From a virus (Duplodnaviria > Caudoviricetes), in the IMG/VR virus record IMGVR_UViG_3300031977_000095, positions 1 to 26,085 of that record: a stretch of DNA of 26,085 nucleotides. The stretch is one strand, 5' to 3'. This document shows positions 8,899 to 16,386 of this stretch, piece by piece. Numbering within the stretch: position 1 is the stretch's first letter; each line of letters opens with the position of its first letter. The translations under genes were made by a program, and so were the position numbers. The notes beneath the pieces are model-generated. The model was given only the letters and a program-made list of their open reading frames with translations, did no database searches and had not been told where the DNA came from.

Positions 8899-9758
8899 TG
8901 AACCATCCTGCTGAACTTGCATTGCATCAGTACATGGAAGATGCGGTATCAGGCAAAACAACAATATCTGATACCACCATTGACCAAGTAGCAAGCGACA
9001 TTAAAGATGCACTCAAGAGGCAGTTTGGTGGTAGCAAACGGGGTGACTTCAGACTACGTATGTCTAACGTGGGTCGCCCCGCTTGCCAACTTTGGTATGA
9101 AAAGAACAAGCCAGATGTTGCACTACCAAAGCCTACAACATTTGTAATGAATATGATGATTGGAGACATCGTTGAGGCTGTATTCAAAGGATTACTAAAA
9201 GAATCAGGAGTTGCATATGAAGATAATAAAAAGGTTACTCTGGACTTGCCTAACGCTAACATTTCTGGCACATATGATATTGTCATTCGGGATGCAGTTG
9301 ATGATATTAAATCAGCTTCAGACTGGTCATACAGAAACAAGTTTGAATCCTACACTACTCTGGCAAATAGCGATGCCTTCGGATACGTTGCACAACTAGC
9401 AGGGTATGCAAGAGCATCGGGTAAAAAAGCTGGTGGTTGGTGGGTAGTAAACAAAGCTAACGGTCAGTTCAAGTACGTACCTGCCAGTGGTCTTGATGTT
9501 GATGCTGAGATAGCAAAGATACAAACCACAGTGGATGACGTAAACAACAATAAGTTTGAGCGTTGTTTTGAACCAGAGGTAGAAACATTCAGAGGAAAGG
9601 AAACGGGAAACAAAGTTCTTAGTAAGACATGTTCTTTCTGTTCATACAGGAATGACTGCTGGCCTAACCTTAAACGGCTACCTGCCGTTAAGTCACAGGC
9701 AAAAGAACCTAAGATGGTTGACTACGTAGAACTAGCAGAGGAATACGATGCCGCCTAA
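8898..9758 (+). CDS. PD-(D/E)XK exonuclease, Cas4/RecB-like
   Basis: RMSNVGRPAC, GTYD...DDIKS, Y..QL.GY and C-terminal CSFCSY..C (1+3 Cys arrangement). Confidence 0.8.
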   Translation: MNHPAELALHQYMEDAVSGKTTISDTTIDQVASDIKDALKRQFGGSKRGDFRLRMSNVGRPACQLWYEKNKPDVALPKPTTFVMNMMIGDIVEAVFKGLLKESGVAYEDNKKVTLDLPNANISGTYDIVIRDAVDDIKSASDWSYRNKFESYTTLANSDAFGYVAQLAGYARASGKKAGGWWVVNKANGQFKYVPASGLDVDAEIAKIQTTVDDVNNNKFERCFEPEVETFRGKETGNKVLSKTCSFCSYRNDCWPNLKRLPAVKSQAKEPKMVDYVELAEEYDAA

Positions 9759-10209
9759 TTTCAAACAGTTTAGAGCAGCACGTAAGTATGGGTACAGGTC
9801 AGGCTTAGAAGTCAAGCTATCTGATTATCTGAAGGAACTAAAGATTGACTTTGGTTACGAATGTATTAAGATAGAGTGGGAAGACCTAGCCTACCGTACC
9901 TACACACCTGACTTTGTGTTACCCAATGGTATCATAATAGAAACAAAAGGGATGTTCACGGCAGCAGATAGACGCAAGCATCTGGCTATAAAAAAACAGC
10001 ATCCCAAGTTGGATATACGGTTTGTATTTGAAAACAGTAGACGTAAACTACGTAAGGGTGCTAAGTCTACTTATGGAGAGTGGTGCGATAAGTACGGATT
10101 TATGTGCTACAATAGAATCGTTCCAGAAGAATGGTTAAAGGAGAAGGGAAGTAACAAACACCCAGAGTTTATCAAGTTCTCTGGTACAAAAGTGAAAAGG
10201 AGAAAATGA
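9748..10209 (+). CDS. T7 gp3-like endonuclease I (Holliday junction resolvase)
   Basis: YRSGLE, YTPDFVLPNGIIIETKG, DRRKHL..KKQHP.LDIRFVF and TYGEWCDKYGF. Confidence 0.93.
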   Translation: MPPNFKQFRAARKYGYRSGLEVKLSDYLKELKIDFGYECIKIEWEDLAYRTYTPDFVLPNGIIIETKGMFTAADRRKHLAIKKQHPKLDIRFVFENSRRKLRKGAKSTYGEWCDKYGFMCYNRIVPEEWLKEKGSNKHPEFIKFSGTKVKRRK

Positions 10210-10565
10210 TGAGCAAAGCAGAGTATGATAGAGTAGAACCAGAGGATTTTATTGTTCGTGTTAGACCAACACAAGACAGTGACGGTATATGGAATGGTGA
10301 GATTGATGTTGCTATTATAACACAACCTGATAATCCTCTAGGTGATGAAGACTATTTTCAAGTGATGCATTTTTGCAAGATGCTTGCATCAACAATTCCT
10401 GTGATGGAGTTGAACGAAGACTTCAGAGAATTGGTTCATAATTATGTGATGGAAACAGTTGACAGGCACTATGAAGTTGAGTTAGAAAATAAGCCAAAGG
10501 TCGTTGAAACAGATGGCAATGTGGTTACAATTGATTTTTCTAGCAAGACAGAAGGGAGTGCATGA
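10206..10565 (+). CDS. Hypothetical protein (119 aa)
   Basis: Coupled ORF with SD AAAGGAG; C-terminal GNVVTIDF. Confidence 0.7.
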   Translation: MMSKAEYDRVEPEDFIVRVRPTQDSDGIWNGEIDVAIITQPDNPLGDEDYFQVMHFCKMLASTIPVMELNEDFRELVHNYVMETVDRHYEVELENKPKVVETDGNVVTIDFSSKTEGSA

Positions 10566-10855
10566 TGACAAGCTACAAAAACATTATGGAAGAATTAGAT
10601 AAAACGTCAGGGAGAATTGTGGATAAACTTGACATGGTGAATAAGCCACCTCACTATAATGCTACAGAGATTGAATGCATTGAGGCTATAGCAGCAGCTA
10701 CAGGTGATGGGTTTGAATATTATTTGCAAGGAAACATTATGAAATACCTATGGCGTTATCGTTACAAGAATGGTACTGAAGACTTGAAGAAAGCACGTTG
10801 GTACTTGGACAAACTAATTACAGAGGTAGAGGGATACTACGATGATAAGAGTTAA
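10562..10855 (+). CDS. DUF3310 family protein (T7 gp1.7/SaV-like)
   Basis: DMVNKPPHY, IECIEAI and GNIMKYLWRY..KNG.EDLKKARWYL. Confidence 0.85.
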   Translation: MMTSYKNIMEELDKTSGRIVDKLDMVNKPPHYNATEIECIEAIAAATGDGFEYYLQGNIMKYLWRYRYKNGTEDLKKARWYLDKLITEVEGYYDDKS

Positions 10856-11003
10856 AATGTTTATCACTATGGATGTAGACCCCGAAGACTACCCTGTGCC
10901 AGCAGATGAAAATGTTGCAGAAGAAGTTGAAGAAGGCATACAAGAATACTTCTATGACATAGAAGGAATACACATTAAAAACATAAGAACAATACAGGAG
11001 TGA
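10842..11003 (+). CDS. Small acidic hypothetical protein (53 aa, MIRVKMFITMDVDPEDYPVPADE...)
   Basis: Fills the gap between DUF3310 and RNR, with GAGGGA SD upstream. Below the ORF track length cut-off. Confidence 0.7.
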   Translation: MIRVKMFITMDVDPEDYPVPADENVAEEVEEGIQEYFYDIEGIHIKNIRTIQE

Positions 11004-11007
11004 CCCC

Positions 11008-12951
11008 ATGATAAGTAATCATTTACCTACAGACTATCAAAACTTTATAGCCTTATCACGCTATGCAAGGTGGAAAGAAGATGAACAGAGAAGAGAGACA
11101 TGGAGTGAAACAGTCTCACGATACTTTGATTATCTGACTAAACACCTAAAAGAAAAACATAAGTATAATCTTGCTGATGAGTTACGTGCTGAACTAGAGA
11201 CAGCCGTACTTGACCAGCATATTATGCCAAGCATGAGAGCCTTAATGACATCTGGTCCTGCACTTGACCGTTGCCATGTGGGTGGATACAACTGCTCATA
11301 CGTACCCGTGGATAGCCCACGTGCATTTGATGAGACTATGTACATTCTCATGTGCGGTACAGGTGTAGGCTTCTCAGTAGAACGTCATCACATTGAGAAG
11401 CTACCCATCGTCAACGAAGATATGCATCAAACAGATACTGTCATTAAGGTTGGCGATTCACGTCCGGGCTGGGCCAAATCACTGAGGGAACTTATTGCCA
11501 TGCTGTACGCTGGTCAGATTCCCAAGTGGGATGTATCAGAAGTACGCCCCGCAGGTGCAAGGCTCAAGACATTTGGTGGTCGAGCCAGTGGCCCAGCCCC
11601 ACTTGAGGAACTGTTTGAGTTTATCATTGATAAGTTCAAGGCTGCAAAAGGTCGTAGGCTCTACCCCATTGAGTGCCACGATATCATGTGTAAGATTGGT
11701 GAGGTTGTAGTTGTCGGAGGGGTCAGACGAAGCGCACTCATTAGCCTATCAAACCTGAATGATGACCAGATGAGTCATGCTAAAGCAGGTATGTGGTGGG
11801 AAAACGAAGGACAACGTGCGCTTGCAAACAACAGCGTTGCCTACAAAGAGAAGCCGCAGATGGGTACGTTCATGCGTGAATGGCTGTCACTGTACGAGAG
11901 TAAGTCAGGTGAACGTGGCATCTTCAACCGTCAGTCTGCACAGAAGCAAGCAGCTAAGAATGGACGTAGGGATGCGGAACAAGATTTCGGATGTAACCCT
12001 TGTAGTGAAATTATATTACGTCCTTATCAGTTCTGTAACTTATCTGAGGTAGTTGTACGTGAAGCAGATACACCTGAAACACTAACAGAAAAGGTACGCT
12101 TGGCTACAATCTTGGGTACATTCCAATCTACTCTGACTGACTTTAAATATCTGCGTAGCATTTGGAAGAAGAATACAGAGGAAGAACGTCTGCTTGGTGT
12201 GTCTCTGACAGGTATAATGGATAATCTTTTAATGTCTGGTAAGTCCAGCGAAAGAGGTAAGAATATATCTGGACTGCTTGAATCGCTAAAGGAAGTAGCA
12301 GTGGTTTCTAATGCAACAATGGCAGAGCGACTTGGTATCCCACAGTCAGCAGCTATTACTTGCGTCAAGCCATCAGGCACAGTGTCACAGTTAGTGGACA
12401 GTGCATCAGGTATTCATGCTCGTCACAATCCATACTACATTCGTACTGTTCGTGGTGATAACAAAGACCCGTTGACACAGTTCATGATTGCACAGGGTAT
12501 TCCATCAGAGCCAGATGTGATGAAGCCAGATAGCACTACAGTGTTCAGCTTTCCAATGCAGTCACCCTCTAGTGCGGTAACACGTAATGACATGTCTGCC
12601 ATTGAGCAGCTTGAGTTGTGGCTTGCGTACCAGCGTCATTGGTGTGAACACAAACCATCTGTCACTATCTCTGTGAAAGAGGATGAGTGGATGGACGTAG
12701 GCTCATGGGTGTACGAACACTTTGATGAAGTGTCAGGCATCAGCTTCTTACCATTCAGTGAGCATACATATAAGCAAGCACCATATCAGGATTGTACAGA
12801 AGAGGAATACGAAGAGATGAAAGCACAGATGCCTACATCAATTGATTGGTCAGCTTTGCAAGAGTTTGAGAAGGAAGACACTACATCAGGTGGTAGGGAG
12901 TTAGCTTGTACAGCAGGTGTCTGTGAAGTTGTTGACTTAACCGCAGCATAA
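11008..12951 (+). CDS. nrdJ: Class II (adenosylcobalamin-dependent) ribonucleotide reductase, RTPR-like
   Basis: PSMR, NCSY, GTGVGFS, GGVRRSA, NPCSEI (thiyl Cys), QFCNL, TCVKPSGTVS and C-terminal ACTAGVCE redox pair. No beta subunit gene nearby. Confidence 0.9.
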   Translation: MISNHLPTDYQNFIALSRYARWKEDEQRRETWSETVSRYFDYLTKHLKEKHKYNLADELRAELETAVLDQHIMPSMRALMTSGPALDRCHVGGYNCSYVPVDSPRAFDETMYILMCGTGVGFSVERHHIEKLPIVNEDMHQTDTVIKVGDSRPGWAKSLRELIAMLYAGQIPKWDVSEVRPAGARLKTFGGRASGPAPLEELFEFIIDKFKAAKGRRLYPIECHDIMCKIGEVVVVGGVRRSALISLSNLNDDQMSHAKAGMWWENEGQRALANNSVAYKEKPQMGTFMREWLSLYESKSGERGIFNRQSAQKQAAKNGRRDAEQDFGCNPCSEIILRPYQFCNLSEVVVREADTPETLTEKVRLATILGTFQSTLTDFKYLRSIWKKNTEEERLLGVSLTGIMDNLLMSGKSSERGKNISGLLESLKEVAVVSNATMAERLGIPQSAAITCVKPSGTVSQLVDSASGIHARHNPYYIRTVRGDNKDPLTQFMIAQGIPSEPDVMKPDSTTVFSFPMQSPSSAVTRNDMSAIEQLELWLAYQRHWCEHKPSVTISVKEDEWMDVGSWVYEHFDEVSGISFLPFSEHTYKQAPYQDCTEEEYEEMKAQMPTSIDWSALQEFEKEDTTSGGRELACTAGVCEVVDLTAA

Positions 12952-13070
12952 TGATAGAGTGTAGTGGATTAGACTTACTGTGGTGGCAGTGGTGGATACT
13001 CGTTATGATTACAGTAAACACTACACTAAACTTAGTAGTGTTCTTTAAACATAGGTTCAAGAAGAAGTGA
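12951..13070 (+). CDS. Small membrane protein (39 aa, MIECSGLDLLWWQWWILVMITVNTTLNLVVFFKHRFKKK)
   Basis: TAATG coupling to nrdJ; one hydrophobic helix followed by a basic tail. Confidence 0.6.
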   Translation: MIECSGLDLLWWQWWILVMITVNTTLNLVVFFKHRFKKK

Positions 13071-13201
13071 GCAAGTTGGTATGGAAACAGGCAGAGGGGT
13101 GGATACAATATGACCCACCCCAAAGCCACCCGTGTTATCAAGAGTGGATTAAATTGAAAGAGAAGGAGAAAGAAAATGAACTTGAGACAAGTACTGATTG
13201 A
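13067..13201 (+). CDS. Small hypothetical protein (44 aa, MSKLVWKQAEGWIQYDPP...)
   Basis: GTGA overlap with the previous stop; fills the gap to the next gene. Confidence 0.5.
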   Translation: MSKLVWKQAEGWIQYDPPQSHPCYQEWIKLKEKEKENELETSTD

Positions 13202-13424
13202 TGCAGCACGTTCACATTTTGCTGGACATATCAATAAACACATTGCTAATATAGAAGTGTTGTTAAATAATCCTGCTGGTATTGGTGAACATCAAGATAT
13301 ACAGGAAGCAATTGAAATTGAGTTGGGTCACATAGCTGACTATCATGATAAGTTAGAAATGCTGACTAAGTTTTTTATGCAGAAGAAAGGAGAGGATAAT
13401 GTTGAACGCACTGAAGAAGAGTAG
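13176..13424 (+). CDS. Conserved small phage protein (82 aa)
   Basis: SD AAGGAG; NIEVLLNNPAGIGEH.DI.EAI motif that I recall from marine phage proteins. Confidence 0.7.
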   Translation: MNLRQVLIDAARSHFAGHINKHIANIEVLLNNPAGIGEHQDIQEAIEIELGHIADYHDKLEMLTKFFMQKKGEDNVERTEEE

Positions 13425-13932
13425 AGTAGATGTAGATAGTTACACAAATAAAGTTCCAGTTAAAGAGGATGGAGATACTTGGTACTACAGCCCTAGTGGA
13501 TACCGTCAACGTGTATCTACACATGCTGCTAAGAATAAGAACAGGATGTTTGTAAACGGTAAGTACATTCCTAAAACGCATCCTCTACACAAACCCGGTA
13601 GATACAAATCATTAGACGATGCTTGGTCACACAATAAGATTGAGTCTGTCAATGAGGGTGAGGTCTACGCAATCGGAAATAAAGCATGGCCTGAGTGGGT
13701 CAAGATTGGTAAGGCTGTTGATGCTGACGATAGACTGAATGGATACCAGACATCATCACCGTTTCGTGATTACTTTGTGATTACTAAAATCAAGACAGAC
13801 AATCGACATGAAGCAGAAAGAAAGATGCACAGATTGTTTGAGAGTAAATCAACGGAACGAAACAATGAATGGTTTAAGATAACATCTAGCCAAACAAAGG
13901 ATTTGTTCGATGGATTTAGAACAGCAAGCTAA
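13399..13932 (+). CDS. GIY-YIG superfamily (T5orf172/MUG113-like) protein
   Basis: GEVYAI...WVKIG.A...DRL..YQT.SP...AE..MH...EWF. Confidence 0.75.
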   Translation: MLNALKKSRVDVDSYTNKVPVKEDGDTWYYSPSGYRQRVSTHAAKNKNRMFVNGKYIPKTHPLHKPGRYKSLDDAWSHNKIESVNEGEVYAIGNKAWPEWVKIGKAVDADDRLNGYQTSSPFRDYFVITKIKTDNRHEAERKMHRLFESKSTERNNEWFKITSSQTKDLFDGFRTAS

Positions 13933-14290
13933 AGATTGGATAAAGGAAAAATACAAAGACATGGAGTTCAATGACTACCAACGAAAGTCAGTCAAGTTTG
14001 CTATTTACCCAGCCACGCACAGGATACTTTATCCTGCGCTTGGTTTGGCAGGTGAGGCAGGTGAGGTTGCTAACAAGGTAAAGAAGTTCATTAGGGATGG
14101 GGCAGATAAAGAGTCATTTGAAATAAAAAAGATTGAAATAGCAGCGGAGATTGGCGATGTCTTATGGTATTGTGCAGCTTTGGCACATGACTTGGGTTAC
14201 AATCTTTCTGATATTGCTTCTGAGAATTACTCTAAACTGTCAGGACGAAGTAAGCGAGGCACACTTGGGGGTGATGGAGATAATAGGTAG
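13910..14290 (+). CDS. mazG: MazG-like nucleotide pyrophosphohydrolase
   Basis: YPALGLAGEAGEVANKVKK, EIGDVLWY and N..KL..R..RG...G.GD.R. Confidence 0.88.
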   Translation: MDLEQQAKDWIKEKYKDMEFNDYQRKSVKFAIYPATHRILYPALGLAGEAGEVANKVKKFIRDGADKESFEIKKIEIAAEIGDVLWYCAALAHDLGYNLSDIASENYSKLSGRSKRGTLGGDGDNR

Positions 14291-14432
14291 GGTAATAATG
14301 TACTTGTTACTTGGAGTGATAGCCATGTGGTTTGGTTATATGTTTAGCATGGCTGTCATTAACACTGTATGTGATTGCATACGAACAGGACCGGGAGATA
14401 TATTGTTATGGTTACAAAAAGAGGGGGCTTAA
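14274..14432 (+). CDS. Small membrane protein (52 aa)
   Basis: MEIIGRVIMYLLLGVIAMWFGYMFSMAVIN hydrophobic helix. Start at 14274 is preferred over the track's 14151. Ends within the terminator. Confidence 0.5.
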   Translation: MEIIGRVIMYLLLGVIAMWFGYMFSMAVINTVCDCIRTGPGDILLWLQKEGA

Positions 14433-14447
14433 TTGCCCCCTTTGTTT
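14416..14447. terminator. Bidirectional rho-independent terminator between the convergent genome arms
   Basis: AAAAAG-AGGGGGC-TTAATT-GCCCCCT-TTGTTT: 7-bp GC stem with an A-run on the left and a T-run on the right, exactly at the strand switch. Confidence 0.85.
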
Positions 14448-16386
14448 ATTTACGTGAGGCTAGACCACCCCTATTAAACTTCTGAGTTCCTATCAATAGT
14501 ATTTTCTTTAGGTCATTGTATCCTAATTCAGATAAGTCAACTGTACCATCGAAGTATACATTCACACCAGAGTCACCTAACAGCTTTCGCTGTTTCTCTG
14601 TGACCTTATCACCACCACCACCGTACACAACCTTGCGTATCAGTTCGTCTGGCACATTACGAAGTTGTCTCTTGCCTTTGCCTGTAGAACCTTGCATACT
14701 TTGCTGTTTTATTCTTTTCATTACTTCAGTTAGACCTGACATGTTTTTTGCCATCTCAGTATCACCCTGCCTTAATTCAGGCATACGGAATAAGACTTCG
14801 TTGAGGTCGCTATAGTCGTTGTCATCTAATAGCCCCTCAAGCAGGTCATCATATGTACCACGTGCGCCATACTGCTCTGTGTACTGACCAAGCGACTGTA
14901 GATTTTTCAAAGTTTCTTTTACCCTGTTATATATCTGTCTCTTTCCGGCAGGAGATTTAGGATATTGTACGTCAGTTAAAACCCTATCGGCTTTACCCAT
15001 GATGTTATTTACCATGTCCTGACCACGTTGTACCTTTGCAGCTAACTCAGGATTCTTTTCAAGAGCCTTGACATCTAGGTTTTCTGGCATGGCGATAGCT
15101 TCTTCAGCCTCTAGGTGTATGCTCTTAGGTAATCTATAACCTATCTGCCCTTCTTCCAACTCAGGTAACTCTCTTACTGTCTTACCTTCATCATCTATTA
15201 TTTGACCAGCACCCCGCTTGTATTCCATAGGGGTCATGTCTCTTGTCAATTCTGGCGGCAAGTCAGCATATACAACATTGCCTGTGTCCATACCGCCAAA
15301 GCTGGGCTTCATAGCTACTAACGGGTCACGAGAGGTTGATAGCATTTTCTTTTTTAGTTCGGAATGTTCTCCACCAGTTCTTCCAGCCATTCCAACCTCA
15401 GACTTAAATGCATCATATGGTTGAAAGCCTTCACGCTCTACTATATCTATGCGCTTCTCGCCCAGCATGTCTGATGTAGCAGAAAGTTGCACAGATGTAC
15501 CAAGAAGTTCCTCTTCTACTTCGTCATAATTTACTTTACCATCTAGTATATCCATAGAAGAAATAGGATTATCTTCGTCTAGCACCTGCATCGTGTCTGT
15601 GTCAACAGCATATGCATTTAGTTTATCCCCTTCTTTTTTAAACATAAGGGGTATGGTATCTACCTCACCATCCATTGTTCCCACAGGTATCTGTATGTTA
15701 CCGGGCTGGGCTTTGCTTACAAAATCGTCAGCAGAAATTCCACGTGACGTTATCAAACCAGACTCTTTGTCTGAAAATACTTTTCTTATGGGGTCTTTTA
15801 GATATTGGTTATTGTATTGTGTGCGGAGTTTTTGATAACGCAGCATAATTTCTTCACGTGGAAGACTCATAGTCTTTGCACCATGAAACACTTTAGGCGT
15901 AGGTCTGTTAGCTTGCTCTAGGAACGCTCTTCTTTCTGATGCTGGTAATTCTTTTGCTCTCTCTAACTGCTCTGCACGTTTAGGTGTAATCAGCGCATCT
16001 TGTGTCTGCTTACCTAGTCTCTCTTTTGCAGTTTCTTTTACACCCTTCTTTAATACATCAGCTACTGCACCACCTGCTGGTATAAAACCTGCAACGGATA
16101 ATGCAGCAAGACCACCGCCCAAGCCCATGTCAACGATGTCACCTTCTTCGTAACCTTGTTCTATTAGGTCACGTGCCATACGCATATCTTCTGGCAGTTC
16201 AGTGGCAGCTTTGATGTCTCCAACTACAGGTGTAAAGTCAGCTATGGTTTCACCTACCATTGGTAAGTCAGCTAATGTTTCCTGCAGTGTCTGTGGTTCA
16301 GCCTGACGCATCTGCAAGAACTTTTTATCACTATTTCTGTCTGCTTCTTCAAGTGCAGCATATGTATTTTTGGTAGTGGTGTTCAT
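14446..16386 (-). CDS. Putative virion-associated protein with pre-toxin-like N-terminus and ADP-ribosyltransferase-like domain
   Basis: Last gene of the morphogenesis arm. DFTPVVGDIKA...GLAALSVAGFIPAGG in the N-terminus; KVFHG (aa 165-169), IVEREGFQP, LSTSRDPLVA...F (aa 349-363) and HLEAEEAI (E426/E428). Confidence 0.6.
   Translation of the reverse strand: MNTTTKNTYAALEEADRNSDKKFLQMRQAEPQTLQETLADLPMVGETIADFTPVVGDIKAATELPEDMRMARDLIEQGYEEGDIVDMGLGGGLAALSVAGFIPAGGAVADVLKKGVKETAKERLGKQTQDALITPKRAEQLERAKELPASERRAFLEQANRPTPKVFHGAKTMSLPREEIMLRYQKLRTQYNNQYLKDPIRKVFSDKESGLITSRGISADDFVSKAQPGNIQIPVGTMDGEVDTIPLMFKKEGDKLNAYAVDTDTMQVLDEDNPISSMDILDGKVNYDEVEEELLGTSVQLSATSDMLGEKRIDIVEREGFQPYDAFKSEVGMAGRTGGEHSELKKKMLSTSRDPLVAMKPSFGGMDTGNVVYADLPPELTRDMTPMEYKRGAGQIIDDEGKTVRELPELEEGQIGYRLPKSIHLEAEEAIAMPENLDVKALEKNPELAAKVQRGQDMVNNIMGKADRVLTDVQYPKSPAGKRQIYNRVKETLKNLQSLGQYTEQYGARGTYDDLLEGLLDDNDYSDLNEVLFRMPELRQGDTEMAKNMSGLTEVMKRIKQQSMQGSTGKGKRQLRNVPDELIRKVVYGGGGDKVTEKQRKLLGDSGVNVYFDGTVDLSELGYNDLKKILLIGTQKFNRGGLASRK

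Noticed and set aside
10629-10660. TTGACA ... TATAAT promoter-like pair
   Set aside because: The spacer is 20 nt, too long for sigma70, and the site lies mid-gene within conserved DUF3310 codons.
4695-12951. Inteins or introns in helicase, polymerase or RNR
   Set aside because: The reading frames are continuous and of normal length, with no intein splice motifs seen.
70-13581. Minus-strand ORFs in the left arm (e.g. 835-1266, 6787-7269, 8927-9340, 12027-12380)
   Set aside because: They are antisense shadows of well-supported + strand genes and show no recognisable motifs.
14151-14273. N-terminal extension of the 93-aa ORF in the track
   Set aside because: It overlaps mazG extensively; ATG 14274 gives a cleaner gene.
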